DNA of 64,000 nt from Ginglymostoma cirratum (lineage: Eukaryota): the NCBI GenBank assembly GCA_024137785.1, contig JAHRHZ010000028.1:562753-626752 (forward strand), written 5' to 3'. Under the pieces are notes generated by a model that did no database searches, was not told the origin of the DNA, and saw only the letters and a program-made list of their open reading frames with translations. A program made the position numbers and the translations under genes. Shown in pieces: positions 37,964-51,678 of this stretch. Every line of letters begins with the position of its first letter. The first letter of the stretch is position 1.

Positions 37964-39043
37964 TTCCCAGCATAAAGAGATTCTGTGGATCCTTCCGTGT
38001 TTTGAACATAATGTAAAGTCAGTCTCTTTCCTCACAGGAAAACTATATTAAGCTCTGAAAAAAATGGACACAAGTATGAGGATAGCTTGTCCTTGCCTGG
38101 ACAGAAAGCAAATCCGAAAATTGGGTGACTTTCAGACGTTATGCAAGAAGGAGACAGAAGTGTTGTTCTGGAGCCATAGCTGTAAATAAGAGGGAGGCAC
38201 AAGGGAACGTTGTGTTCTGCACTAGGGAGAGAGATGGAGACCAAATGTTTTCAGCGAAATGCAAAATTTGTATCATCTGTATGAGCAGTTGAAACCCACA
38301 CTTAGGTTTGAGTCATGTGCCTCAAAAAATAATGATTCTGGTTGTGTTAACATTTCCATTACTTGTGTTTTCTTTGTCATGCTGTCAATATAATTTGTCA
38401 GTTCCATAAAAGACCAAACTATACATTTATCATAGATCAAACTTTGCAATAGTTCAGCAACCTCAGGCTATCAAAATATTAGGCAACTAACTTTACAATG
38501 TTTTTATTGTGTAGAATGCATTATTGATGTATAAGTTTTAATTTTAACCTGGCAAAAGCATGCTTAAAAGGTGATGTTTAACTTGTAGTACATCAAAAAA
38601 AATAGAAGACTCTTGGCTTTAGGTTATCACGTAATTGCTGAACTGTTAAGATTAATGAATGGTTGGGGTCCTATGAGTTAACAAATTTATGGTTTTCTAG
38701 GCAACAACATAGGTAACAAATCAGAGTTTTGTTTGGACTTCACCTCCAATGTCCCCTCCCCCACTCCCTATCAAGCTGGAATGTAATCCTGGGTTCAATT
38801 CCATGTGTTGAGACTTGACCGATCAGCTGAAGGAGAGTTTTGATTGGTTGAAGTCCAGACTTGAACTCCAAAATATCCAGCCATTGGAGATAAAGTCTCA
38901 AATCCTAATGGTTAAGTTCAGTACTGTTCCAGTACAGAGAACCCACAGACATTGCTCTGTCACTGTGGTTTGAACCTAGCTCTAGAACACCGGATTAAAA
39001 GTGTTTTCTTAATATTGATTAGGAGCGCCTAAGAAATCAGCTT

Positions 39044-39254
39044 TGAAATAACTCCACAGAGGCCAGTATCCCATCACCAAGTCACCCTTTATTTACGCGT
39101 GGAGTTTTCTTGACACTGACCCAGCTCACTCAGAGCCCGCTGTGAGTCAACAGGATATCTGTTTATCTGTCAGCCAGATAATCTGGTCCAACCACAGTCA
39201 AGGAACTCATATTGTATTAAGTCCACCTGGCTGACCTCATTATAAATCACTACA
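39044..39254 (-). repeat. 3' LTR of a Gypsy-type retrotransposon (211 bp)
   Basis: Minus strand starts TGTAGTGAT (39254) and ends ATTTCA (39044); AATAAA at 39088-39093; polypurine tract GGGGGGGACGGA immediately upstream (39255-39266). Confidence 0.7.
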
Positions 39255-39741
39255 TCCGTCCCCCCCGAGTCTGAGGACGTAGGCCAGTTCTATTTTTTGC
39301 AGCTCCTACTGAGACGTTTTAGCACCAGATTAGCATCCTCCAACTCTGCCTCAGATGCGGGCGGCGAGTAATACACAGTAGCTTGCCTCTTGCGTCTGTA
39401 GCATCTCAGAGAAATTCATTCTCCTCTTCAGGCAGCAAAGATGTTAAGCCGGTGACATCTCCCACGTCCATCTCAGAATCTTCAATGCTTGATGGACAGT
39501 GAGAACCCACAAGTTCCCGATCAGTTGGAAAGGCTGTCGAGGAGCCAGGCATGTTTTGCTTCAGCAATGTTTGCAAGTTTGCAGCTGTCATACGGTCCAT
39601 GTGCTTGTTCATGCCAGTCGCACCTTCTCAAACTTTATACGTGACTGGACCTGACCTCACGTTGACCTTGCCTCTTACCCATCATTCCCATGGTTCCTAC
39701 ACCAAACTTCTTCCTCTGAAGTAGACTGTCTTTTGCTTTGT

Positions 39742-39743
<2 letters not shown>

Positions 39744-39790
<47 letters not shown>
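39744..39790. repeat. (CA)n microsatellite
   Basis: About 23 perfect AC units. Confidence 0.97.
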
Positions 39791-39791
<1 letters not shown>

Positions 39792-39911
39792 CCAAGTTAA
39801 GCGGGCAAGCTCCACACCCGTAGCAACCTTGCTTAAGTTATTGAGTTGTCCCTGTAGTTGCATGAGGGCTGGTCCGATAATCAAACAAGAACCAGGACAA
39901 TTTGGTGTCAC

Positions 39912-42900
39912 GTGTTTGAGATGGTTTGTAGCTCGGGTTGTGGATGAGGTTGTAGGCTTGCTCACCGAGCCGGTGTGTTTGATTGCAGACATTTGGTCAC
40001 CCTGCTCGGTGACATCGTCAGTGCGTCTCTGGTGAAGTGTTGGTGTTCTGTCCCACTAGTTATTTATCTGCCTCAGTTTACTGGGGTGATTGGCATCACT
40101 TCTGGTTCTGTTGTTTGTATGTCGGGTGCAGTTCAATTTGTTTGTTGATGGAGTTCTGGTTGGAATGCCAGGCCTCCAGGAATTCCCTGACATGTCTCTG
40201 CTAAACTTGTGCTATTATGGATGTATTGACCCAGTTGAATTTGTGTCCTTCTTCGTCTGTGTGTACTGAGATCAGTGAGAACTTGTCATGTCTCTTTGGG
40301 ACTAGTTGCTGTTCGTGTATCCTTATTGTCAGTTTTCTTCCAGTCTGGCCTTTGTAATGTTTCACACAGTGTTTACATGGTATTTTGTATATTACGTTAG
40401 TTTTATTGGTTGTGTGTATGGAATCCTTTACATTCATCAGTAGATGCAGTAGGGTAGTTGTTGGTTTGTGGACTGCCCTGATACCTAGGGATCTGAGTAT
40501 TCTTATGGTCATCTCTGATACGTCCCTGTACGGTAGGGTGACTAGTGTGTCTGGCTGTGTTGTGTCGTCTTGTTGTGGTCTGTCACTGAGGTAACAGTGG
40601 ATTGCACTTTTTGAGTATCCATTCCTTTTAGAAACTCCATATAAGTGCCCCTGTTCTGCTTTGCACAGTCCCGGGTTGCTGCAGTGTCTTGTGGCTCATT
40701 TGAATAATATCCTGATAGAGCTCTGTTTACGGGTGTAGGGGTAGTTGCTGGTGTAATTAAGTATCTGGTCCGTATGGGTGGTCTTTCTGTTTACGCTGTT
40801 CTGGAGTTCCCAATTATTCTTACATTCTACCCTTAAGCATAGGAAGGGTAGTCTGTTATTATTCTCTTCTTTTTTTGTGAGTTTTATTCCGGTGAGGATG
40901 TTGCTTATGTGTCGTTGGGTTTCTTTTTGTCTTGCATGTTAGACAATCAGGGTGGTGCCATCGAAATAGCGGACCCAGAGTTTGGGTTGTAGAGTGCTCC
41001 AACGCAACCAACCAAGAATGGACATCCACACTGGAACAAGCCATCAGCATACAATGACAAAAGACCACAGCAAAGAAAAGAATAGCCCTTCAAGAGAAAC
41101 TGCCCAAAATCACCCACATCAAGGTCAGGGATAACACACAAACATGGATCAAGAATATCGCAGACCGACCACCTATAGACACTGAGAAGACCGCCCTCGT
41201 ACGCGGACTGAATTATAACTACAGAGACGCCAGAAAAACTGACTTCCTGGCTGCATTGGAATCAACATTAAAGAACAATGGACTGACGGAGGAAATACAA
41301 CAGACCGTCAGACAGACGATAGTCCCAACACTGAGCCGAAAAGATAAGTGGAATACATTTAACACAGAAGAGAAGAAAGCCCTGGAAAGACTCAAGAAAG
41401 GCAGCAACGTCGTAATCTTACGGGCGGAGAAAGGACACATGACAGTAATCCTTAAAGAACCCAATACATTGAGAAAGCCAACACGCTACTAGCAGATACT
41501 GACACCCACCAACAGATGGTGATAGACCCAACACCACAGTTAGAGAACCGGATTACAATGATATCTGAAGAAATTACACACCTCAGGAGATATCAGCAAA
41601 ACAGACAACCAAACAATGAAGCCAGAGGGATCCAACACACCCCGATTCTATGGACACTCCAAGAAACACAAAATGGGGGTCCCCCTCAGACCCACTGTCT
41701 GAAACCAACATATAGACTTGCCAAAGAACCACAACAGAAATTGAAATACTTAGTGGACAACACTACCACTCCATTCACTCCTCCCAAGAATTCCTCAACA
41801 TTATTAAGGACACCAGGATAGAAGAGGACGAGATGATGATATCCTTCGACGTAACAGCACTATTTACATCCATAAACATCGATATAGCCAAAGAGACAAT
41901 TGCCACACGACTGGATGAGTCATGTAAGCAGGTACACCAGGACACCAACAACATCAATAAGGACACCACCATGAAAGTCTTGAATCTGTGCCTCACAACC
42001 CAGTTTATCTTCAATGACCATATATTTAAACAAATCAATGGAACACCAATAGGATCCCCAATATCAGGACTGATAGCAGAAGTGGTAATGCAAAGCTTAG
42101 AAAAGACAGCGCTCCCCACTATCTAACCCAAAATCTGGGTCCGCTATTTCGATGGCACCATCGTGATTGTCTAACATACAAGACAAAAAGAAACCCAACG
42201 ACACATAAGCAACATCCTCACCGGAATAAAACTCACAAAAAAAGAAGAGAACAATAACAGACTACCCTTCCTATGCTTAAGGGTAGAATGTAAGAATAAT
42301 TGGGAACTCCAGAACAGCGTAAACAGAAAGACCACCCATACGGACCAGATACTTAATTACACCAGCAACTACCCCTACACCCATAAACAGAGCTCTATCA
42401 GGATATTATTCAAATGAGCCACAAGACACTGCAGCAACCCGGGACTGTGCAAAGCAGAACAGGGGCACTTATATAGAGTTTCTAAAAGAAATGGATACCC
42501 AAAAAGTGCAATCCACTGTTACCTCAGTGACAGACCACAACAAGACGACACAACACAGCCAGACACACTAGTCACCCTACCGTACAGGGACGTATCAGAG
42601 ATGACCATAAGAATAATCAGATCCCTAGGTATCAGGGTAGCCCACAAACCAACAACTACCCTACTGCATCTACTGATGAATGTAAAGGATTCCATACACA
42701 CAACCAATAAAACTAACGTAACATACAAAATACCACACAAGGACTGTGAGAAACATTACAAAAGCCAAACTGGAAGTAAACTGACAATAAGCATACGCGA
42801 ACACCAACTAAGCATCAAGAGACGCAACCAATTCTCACTGGTCTCATTATGCACATGGTCAAAGAAGGACACAAATTCAACTGGGCCAACACATCCATAA

Positions 42901-44537
42901 TAGCACAAGCCAAACAGAGACATGCCGGGGAATTCCTGAGGCCTGGCATTCCAACCGGAACAACATCAACAAACACATTGAACTGGACCCAATATACAAA
43001 CCACTGAAAAACAGAACTGGAGTCTGTGGTCAGCAAATTATGAGAGAGGATTCTGAGAGATAGTATTTATGATTATTTGGAAAAGCACAGTTTGATCAGA
43101 AATAGTCAGCATGGCTTTGTGAGGGGCAGGTCATGCCTCACAAGCCTTATTGAATCCCTTGAGGATGTGACAAAACATATTGATTATGGCAGAGCAGTGG
43201 ATGTGGTGTATATGGATTTTAGCAAGGCATTTGATAAGGTTCCTCATGGTAGGATCATTCAGAAAGTAGGGAGGCATGGGATTCAGGGAAATTTGGCTAA
43301 CTGGATACAAAACTGGCTGTCCAATAGAAGACTGTAGTAGATGGAAAGTATTCAGCCTGGAGCTCGGTGACCAGTGGTGTTCCGCAGGGATCTGTCCTGG
43401 GACCTCTGCTTTTTGTGATCTTTATAAATGATTTGGATGAGGAAGTCGAAGGATGGGTTAGTAAGTTTGCCGATGACACAAAGGTTGGTAGAATTGTGGG
43501 CAGCGTGGAGGGCTGTTGTAGGTTGCAACGGGACCTTGACAGGATGCAGAGCTGGGAAAGGAGTGGTAGATGGAATTCAACCCAGAAAAGTGTGAAATGA
43601 TTCATTTTGGAAGGTTAAATTTGAATGCAGAATACAGGGTTAATGGCAGGATTCTTGGTAATATGGAGGAGCAGAGGGATCTCGGGGTCCACGACCGTAG
43701 ATCCCTCAAAGCTGCTACCCAAGTTGATAGGGTTATAAAGAAGGCGTATGGTGTGTTGGGTTTCATTGGCAGGGGGATTGAGTTTAAGAGCCACAAGGTT
43801 ATGCTGCAGCTCTATAAAACCCTGGTTAGATCACACTTGGAATATCGTGCTCAGTTCTGTTCGCATCATTCTAGGAAGGATGTGGAAGCTTTAGAGAAGG
43901 TGCAGAAGAGATTTACCAGGATGCTGCCTGGACTGGAGGGCAGGTCTTAAGAGGAAAGGTTGAGGGAGCTAGGGCTTTTTTCATTGGAACAAAGAAGGAT
44001 GAGAGGTGACTTGATAGAGGCGTACAAGATGATGAAAGGCATAGATAGAGTGGATAGCCAGAGACTTTTTCCCAGGACGGAAATGACGATTATGAGAGGG
44101 CATAATTTTAAGGTGATTGGAGGAAGGTATAAGGGAGATGTCAGAGGGAAGTTCATTACACAGAGAGTGGTGGGCGTGTGGAATGCACTGCTGGCAGTGG
44201 TAGTGGAGTCAGATACTTTAGAGACACTTAAGCGACTTTTGAATACTCACATGGATGATAGTATAATGTAGGGTATGCAGCTTAGTTCGATCTTAGTAGG
44301 ATAATAGGTCGGCACAACATCTTGGGCCGAAGGGCCTGTCCTGTGCTATACTGTTCTATGTTCTATGCTCTAGAACTGGGGTGATGCCAAATAGCTCAGC
44401 AAACTGAGGTGTACAAATTACAAGCGGGACAGAACACGAATGCTTCACCAGAGCCTCATTGATGATGTTACCGAGCAGGGTGATGAAATGTCTCCAATCA
44501 AACACACCGGCTCGGCGAGCAAGTCTACAACCTCAGC
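39912..44537 (+). mobile_element. Penelope-like retroelement with a large 5' inverted duplication (39912-40988); RT and GIY-YIG relics; interrupted by CR1
   Basis: RT motifs MISFDVTALFTSI, KQINGTPIGSPISG, WVRYFDGT; GIY-YIG YKIP(C/H)K.C.KHYK.QTG.KL; pseudo-LTRs 39918-40050 (minus) and 44410-44537 (plus) are mutually inverted. Confidence 0.92.
43021..44371 (+). mobile_element. 5'-truncated CR1 LINE inserted in the Penelope 3' end
   Basis: [33 protein letters not shown]; (TTCTATG)n tail; TSD agaactgg at 43013-43020 and 44372-44379. Confidence 0.95.
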
Positions 44538-46989
44538 GTGGTCTCTAGTGAAGCTGTAGGTTGTTTCTTTATGCCTGCCTTCAAAGTTTGGACTGTTCTT
44601 TCTGCTAGACCAGTGGATGATAAATGGTATGGAGCTGTCCTTGTATGTCAAATCCCACTCGACTTTAGGAAATACTGAAACTCCCTGCTGGTAAATTGTA
44701 GCCTGTTATCTGTGACCAGCCGGTTGTCCATGTATTGCAAAAGATTTGCACAGTGGGGGAGCTGCTAGCAGTAATTCTTGTCCTTATGGGCACTCTGGGC
44801 ACTGCCCCACCAGCACAACTATGTCTGCATCCAATCACACCAACTATCAGATATAACTTATCGCCAACATCTTCATTTTGGAAACCCGTGGGAGACCCTG
44901 ATGGAGTTCAGCCAGTATCCTTGCTTGGGATAATCACTCTTGCTCCCAATAACAATTTGTCGTCCTCTACTATGACCTGGTCTCTCAGGGTCCAAAAGGT
45001 TTTCATTTCTGCTTATGACAGCCCTTTGGTTACAACTATCACCACCAGCTGTTTCAATTTTGCTAGGACCAGATCTTTCTGTGTCAAAGTCTGATATTGT
45101 CCGCTGTGACTGGAATTATGTCCAGAAAATTTAAAATTATTATGGACTCTTCCAGTGGTGGAGTTGTACCCTTAATCTGTAAAGGTTCCCTGGTATAGGT
45201 TCTAAGTCAAGCCGAGGCCTTGTGCAAACTTAAGGGTCGGAGTCCAGAGCAAATTTTATTGAAGACTGATTCTGTGATGACTGAAACGACAGTATTAACC
45301 TCCATTAGAACCGGCTGACCATTTAACCAGCCGTTTATTTTGATTGGTTCTGATTTAAATGTCACTAAGCAATTTAACTGTTCCAAATCAGATGTAGATG
45401 GACTTTCCAGGGTGAACACTCTCCTAGATACTGGCCTAGGATGTCTCTTACTCCATTTAAGTCTAGTCGGACTCTGTCGCTGTCTTCAGTCTGCATATCG
45501 GTAGCATCTACAATGGCTGGCTGGCCTGGATCCTGAAGAAAATTTTAACTGTTTGGCCAAGGCCTGGCTTTGTTTTGGGGTTTGCTGTGAGCTGATCTAA
45601 AGTCCCTCCATACAGGAGCTATCCTGAGTGAGGTTCTCTAATTGCCTTCACTCAAGTGGTTTCCCCAAGCTCAGTCAGCCTTGGGAGGGTGTCCATTTCC
45701 ACCAGAATGAATCACTATTGGCTTTGTTTCTAATAAAATCCAAATGCTATGGTGAAACAATGTTGGAAGAGGCTTTGTATATTTGCCTTTATATGTCATG
45801 GGTACATGCTAATATTTTGTCTGAAATTTGACATAATATGAATATGAGGGAGAATTTATCTTTCTGAAGATATTTCAGATGTTATGAAGGCTTTAAAAAG
45901 GAAATCGATTCACTGTTATCTCATTAACATTTGTTCTCCAGTTTAAAAATACAATTCAGAATCTACAATATGTCACCCCAATGCCATCTAACCTTAATCA
46001 CTATGTCACCAAAGCTAATTCTTATTGGAAGAACATAATTAAGTTCCCTAAATCAATCTCTCCAATATCTGGCTAGCTTGGTTATCATTTTGTAATCCAT
46101 TTCCATGGTGGAATCTAGTTGAGGTAGTGATAGCTGGTTGGAGTATGGTGGGAGGGGCGGGGAAGGGGTCATGGGGTAGGGACTTGTCTTGCAGCTACAT
46201 TAGGGCAGCCTCTTCCAGGGGAAGGCCCCACTAACCTAATCAGGCATTGCCTAGGCCACCAGCACGATGGAGTTAAGACCCAGGGGAAAGACGTCCAGGC
46301 CAACCTGAGCGGGGCCAATCAGAGGAAGGCAGCTGTTACAAGTAGCTGCACCACAGAAGCGGCCTGCTGTTGAAGTCAGGATCATGGAGGGCCCAGGTGA
46401 GTGGTTTGTGGGGGATTCTCCAGTCACAGGGAGAGATGAGCATGTGGATCAGAAACCAGGTATTGGGGCTGCTTCACAGCAAACACTCCCCTACCTGGTG
46501 TCCAGGTCCTTTGAAAGAGGGAACCTCTTTCCCCTTGATTGACAAACTGCCCTTGCAGGTTAACCTGTTGATCACCACCCGTGGCAGAAGTTCTACTAGC
46601 AGCTGAATTACTCACATTGCTGGTGGACTGAGGCTCTCATCCGGTCCTCTATTGGTCACTAAAGGGGTTCCATTGAGTGGGTAGGCTGAGGATGGGCTGG
46701 TGGAGTGGAGAAGTTGGCAGGGTTTGGGTACACCACCATCCCACCTCATAAATGCCCTCATGACTCCAAGCTCACATTAGATTCCCTGCCCTCCCCTTCC
46801 CTTCCCTTCCACTCCCCTCCTCTGTCCTTCCCTTCCCACCCTCCTCTCCTCTCCCCATGAAAGAAAAGATTCCTTTTGAAGCAAAGTTCATTTTGAAAAA
46901 TGCTTCAAAAATGCATATCATGGTTGGAGAGAGCAGAGTTAAGGTTACAGATTGAGATGGTCTTTCATGGGAAATGATGAGCTGGGCTG

Positions 46990-47120
46990 TTCTGATATAT
47001 TGACCTGAAGCATTAACATTATTTCTCCCTCCCCAGATGCTGCCTGGTCTGTTAAGTATTTTAGGCAGTCTCTTCTTTTTTAATTCAGATTTCCAACATT
47101 TGCAGCATTTTGCTTTTGTA
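46990..47120 (+). mobile_element. Half of a Penelope-derived palindromic repeat, decayed
   Basis: gacctgaagcattaac…cagatgctgcctggtctg…cagatttccaacatttgcagcattttgcttt resembles the right arm of 61036-61278. Confidence 0.55.
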
Positions 47121-47294
47121 AATAATTTATTTCCTACACAAGATTCATCTGACGCATACGCAGAAGCTATAAATAATGCTTTCAAACTTCCACACACAGG
47201 CTGTATTTTCAACCAGCAGCATGAACTGCTTAATAATATATTATGTAAATTTTACACACGTCATCATAGGTAAGAGTCAGTGCACAGCATTATG

Positions 47295-48925
47295 AGAGTC
47301 ATAATGCAGCAAGTACAGCACGGAAACAGACTCTCCAGTCCAACTCGTCCATGCCGATCAAATATCCTGAATAAATTTGGTCCCATTTGCCAGCATTTGG
47401 CCCATATCCCTCTAAACCATTCCCATTCATGTATCCATCCAGACACCTTTTAAATGTCATAACTGTACCAGCCTCCATCACTTCCTCTGGCAGCTCATTC
47501 CATACACACACCACCCTCTGTGTGAAAATGTCTCCATTTAAGTCCCTTTTAAATCTTTCCACTCTCACCATAAAACAATGCCCTCTAGTTTTAGACTGAC
47601 CTACCCTGGGGTGAAAGACCTTGACTGTTCACCCTATCCATGCCCCTCATGATTTTATAAACTTCTGTAAAGTCACCCCTCAGCCTCCAATGCTCCAGGG
47701 AAAGTAGCCCCAGCCTATTCAGACTTCCCCTGTAGCTCAAACCCTCCAACCCTGGGAACATTCTTGTAAACTTTTTCTGAACCTTTTCAAGTTTCACAAC
47801 ATCTTTCCTATAGCAGGGAGACCACAATTGAATGCAGTATTCCAAAAGTGGCCTAACTAATGTCTTGTACAACCGTAATGTGACCTCCCATTTCCTATGC
47901 TCAATGCATTGACCCATAAAGGCAAACATACCAAACGCCTTCTTCAGTACCCTGTCTATCTGTAACTCCACTTTCAAGGAACTATAAACGTGCACTCCAA
48001 GGTCTCTTTGTTTGGAAACTCCCCAGGACCTTAAAATGAAGTGTATAAGTCCTGCCCTGTTTGCCCTACCAAAATGTAGCACCTCACATTTATCTACATT
48101 AAACTCCATCTGCCTTTCCTCGGCCCATTGGCCCATCTGATCAATTTCCTGTTGTACTTTGGAGGTAACTTTCTTCTCTGTCCATTGCATCACTAATTTT
48201 GGTATCATCTGCGAACTTACTAACCAGACCTTCTAAATTCACATTCAAACCATTTACATACATGACAAAAAACAGTGGACCCAGCATCAATCCTTGTGGC
48301 ACACTGGTGGTCACAGGCCTCAAGTCCAAAAGCAGACCCCCACCACCACCCACTGCCCTACGCTCGAGTCAATTTTGTATCCAAATGGCAAGTATTCCAT
48401 ATAATCTAATCTTGTTGACCAGTCTACCATGCAGAACCTTGTTGAACGCCTTATAGCAGTCTGTATTGATAACATCCACAGCTCTAATTTCATCAATCCG
48501 CTTTGTCCATTCTTCAAAAAACTCAATCAAGTTAATGAGACACAATTTCCCACGCACAAAGCCATGCTGACTATCCCTAATCAGTCCTTGCCTTTCCAAA
48601 TGCATGTAAATTCTGTCCCTCAGAATCACTTCCAACAACTTGCTCACCACTGATGTCAGGCTCACCGGTTTATTGTTCCCTGGCTTTTCCTTACCACCTT
48701 TCTTAAATAGTGGCATCACATTAGGCAACCTCCAGTCTTCCAGCACCTCATTTGTGGCAATTGACGATGCAAATATCTCAGCAAGGGCCCCAGTTTCCCT
48801 CACTTCTTACAAAGTTCTATGGTACACCTGATCAGATCCTGGGGATTTACCCACCTTTTAAACATTTTAAGTCCTCCAGCACCACCTCCTCTGTAATATG
48901 AACACTTTGCAGGATATCACTATTT
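47295..48925 (-). mobile_element. CR1 LINE ORF2 fragment (RT to 3' end)
   Basis: ORFs [61 protein letters not shown]. Confidence 0.95.
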
Positions 48926-49651
48926 CTTTCCCCAAAAGGTTTTATTTTAGGCAATAGCACAATTCAGTGGTTTTAAAAAGTAGAGGGGACAGTCTTGATA
49001 TTTACTGGTCGGTCTGATCAAGGCAGGGCTGAACTTGAAGTCAAAACAACACCTGGCCTTGTGAGATAAGTAAACTTCCATTCCACTTAGGGACCTCTGA
49101 AGCTAATGGTCATGATAATATCTTAGAGGTTGATTGTTTCATGTATTCTCCAGTAAGGAAAATAGTGATGATGAATAAGGAATAAAGAATATTGCTGATG
49201 TCTCTGGATGTATAAATTCTAAACATGCTTCATTAACAGTGGCAGCAGAGTTTGCATATCTATTGCTTTTTTGGCATGGAGCAAACTTGTGGGCTGCATG
49301 TGATGCCAAGCAAGTGTTGCTATGGTGACAGACCTCTGAATAATGAACGCAACACAAGCTGTATCTAAGATTAAGAAGGTGGAGGGGGAGTTCATAAATT
49401 TTGGACCTAACTCTTCAGTATAATGAGACCAGTAGGGAGGTACTTGTGAGAGAGAGAATGGAATGTAAAACTACAGTGTTACCCTAACCATTCATAGGTG
49501 TCCTTTTCAGACTTGAAAGTTGTAACAGGTTGACACATTGTTTAAAAACAAGTGGCAGATTGAGCAATTAAGTGAGTTCTGAAAATTGTTGGGCAATTTG
49601 GCTAAGCTGTGACCACTTGGTACTGGGTTTTCACCTACATTTCAATGCAGT

Positions 49652-49992
49652 TATAGAATCCCTACAGTAAGGGAGCAGGCCATTCAGTCCATTGAGTAAA
49701 TGCCGACCCTCTGAAGGGCATCCCACTCAGACCCACACCTCTACCCTATAATCCTGCATTCCCATGGCTAACCCACCTAGTCTAGACATTCCTGGACACT
49801 ATGGTCAATTTAGCAAGGCCAATCCACCTAATCTGCACATCTTTGGACTAGTGGAGGAAACCAGAGCACCTGAGAGGAACCCCACACAGACACAGGGAGA
49901 ATGTGCAAATTCCACATATACAGTTGTCTGAGGATGGAATCAAACCCAGGTCTCTGTTGCTGTGAGGCAGCTGTGCTAACCACTGAGCCACC
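49652..49992 (-). mobile_element. V-SINE (HE1-like), near full length
   Basis: Reverse complement reads ggtggctcagtggttagcacagctgcctcacagc…tgtggaatttgcacattctccctgtgtctgtgtggg…gtccaaagatgtgcagattagg. Confidence 0.88.
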
Positions 49993-51069
49993 AGGCTACC
50001 CCAGTCTCTCCTGGCTGATTCAGATCTTCGAAGAGTACTTTTCAAAGACTTTTTTTAAAGAGAAGACATTGAAAAATGTTTATTTAAAATGCTAGTGACC
50101 CACCAACTCACATCAGCTGACAATGACCAAACCCACAGTACATTCAAATCCTTTGTGCCTAAAAATAATAAGAAACTGATGAGAAGTGTCTAAATATATC
50201 ATCTTGATACATTGCATTCTCCTCTTTTAAGTTCTGTAGTACAACACAACAAAGCCAGCTGAGTGCTTAATTTACACAGTTCTAAAGAATCAGTCAAATT
50301 CCACTGATCAAGCCATCTATCGAATTTTGTGGGAAGCAAAATGCTGATGTGAGATTCACCTCATTCTCTAGCTCAAGTGTTTGAATTAACAGTGCAACTG
50401 TAAATTTGCTAGATGTCCATTAACACTACCCCATTTCTCCTTTAATGAAATGTTTGTTTCGGGATATTTCTCAAAATTTCCACCTGTTGTGTATAAAATT
50501 ATGATGCATCGTTGCTGCTTGCTGACAGCTACTGACTGTAACATAATGCAAAACTCCAGTCGGTGCTCAGTTAATTAGTAACTTGTGCTTACTTAGGAAG
50601 ACTCAGGGAAATTTTTAGCTCATCATCACCCTTGTTTTATGAATTTTCAGGAGTTTGCCATTATACTTTGAACATGGGTGATCTCCTTGTGATGCTGATC
50701 TCATTAAAACTCACTAGTGTGGTTTAAATGGATAAGCCACCAATCCAGCCACACGTGAAAAACATTTTTAAGTGATTCATTGTCTTTAATTAGCTTACCT
50801 AAAAACAAGTTCACCCTACATAACATTGTGGTACTTCTACAAAGGTTAAAGCTGCCATGTTGACTCTATCCTGCCATTGAGATACATGTGACTGAGCGCC
50901 AAATCTACGTGCTCTTTACTTTCACAGATACTGTGTCAGAAAGGTTGCCAGTTATGACCTAAGTTAATGGGAGAAACAAGATTCTGGCCTCTTTATATTG
51001 ACGGGAACTGTACTGATGCTGGCTCTTCTGGAAGTTTAAGATGGTTTATAATTGGTTACCAAATAGAAG

Positions 51070-51678
51070 GTGGTGCAAGAAAGCATTTTGTACACTTGCC
51101 TTTATTCGTCAGTGCATTGAGTATAAGAGTTGGGATGTCATGTTGCAGCTGTACAGCACATTGATTAGGCCACCTTTGAAATAAACTTGACAGGATGCAA
51201 AAAAGATTTACAAGGACGTTGCCAGGTTTGGAAGGTTTGAGCTATAGGGAGAGGCTGAATAGGCAGGGGCTTTTTCCCTGGAGCAGAGGCTGAGGGGAGG
51301 CCCCATAGAGGTTTATAAAATCATGAGGAGCATGGATAGGATGAACAGCCAAGGTCTCTTTTGTGGGATAGGGGATTCCATAAACAAGAGGGCATAGGTT
51401 TAAGGTGGGAATGGTAAGATATAAGAGGACCTAAGGGTAACTTTTTCACACAGAGGATGGGGATGTGTTTGGAATGAGCTGCCAGAGGAGATGGTGGAGG
51501 CTGGTACAATTACAACATTTGAAAGGCATCTGGATGAGTATATGAATAGGAAAGATTTAGAGGGATATGGGCCAAGTGCTGGCAAATGGGACTAGATTAA
51601 TTTGGGATATTTAGTTGGCATGGACAAGTTGGACAAAAGGGTCTGTTTCCATGCTGTACGTCTCAATGACTCTATGAT
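51070..51678 (+). mobile_element. CR1 LINE 3' fragment
   Basis: gaggtttataaaatcatgagg…ggaatgagctgccagaggag…tail ctcaatgactctatga. Confidence 0.88.

Larger units (their letters stand above)
39044..45700 (-). mobile_element. Decayed, internally deleted Gypsy LTR retrotransposon split by a Penelope insertion
   Basis: Protease EPIKINGWLNGQPVLMEVNT..VSVI…LRTYT (about 45190-45400); integrase zinc finger LAELHQG…KMKMLA…CPEC (44790-44920); integrase core TAPYH.SSTGLAERTVQTLK (44540-44640), which continues as DTKLSWFLFDYRTSPHATTG (39850-39910); C-terminal GPVTYKV…NKHMD. Confidence 0.85.

Noticed and set aside
37964-39040. SYT6 polyadenylation site
   Set aside because: No clear canonical plus-strand AATAAA noticed in this interval, so the 3' UTR end cannot be assigned.
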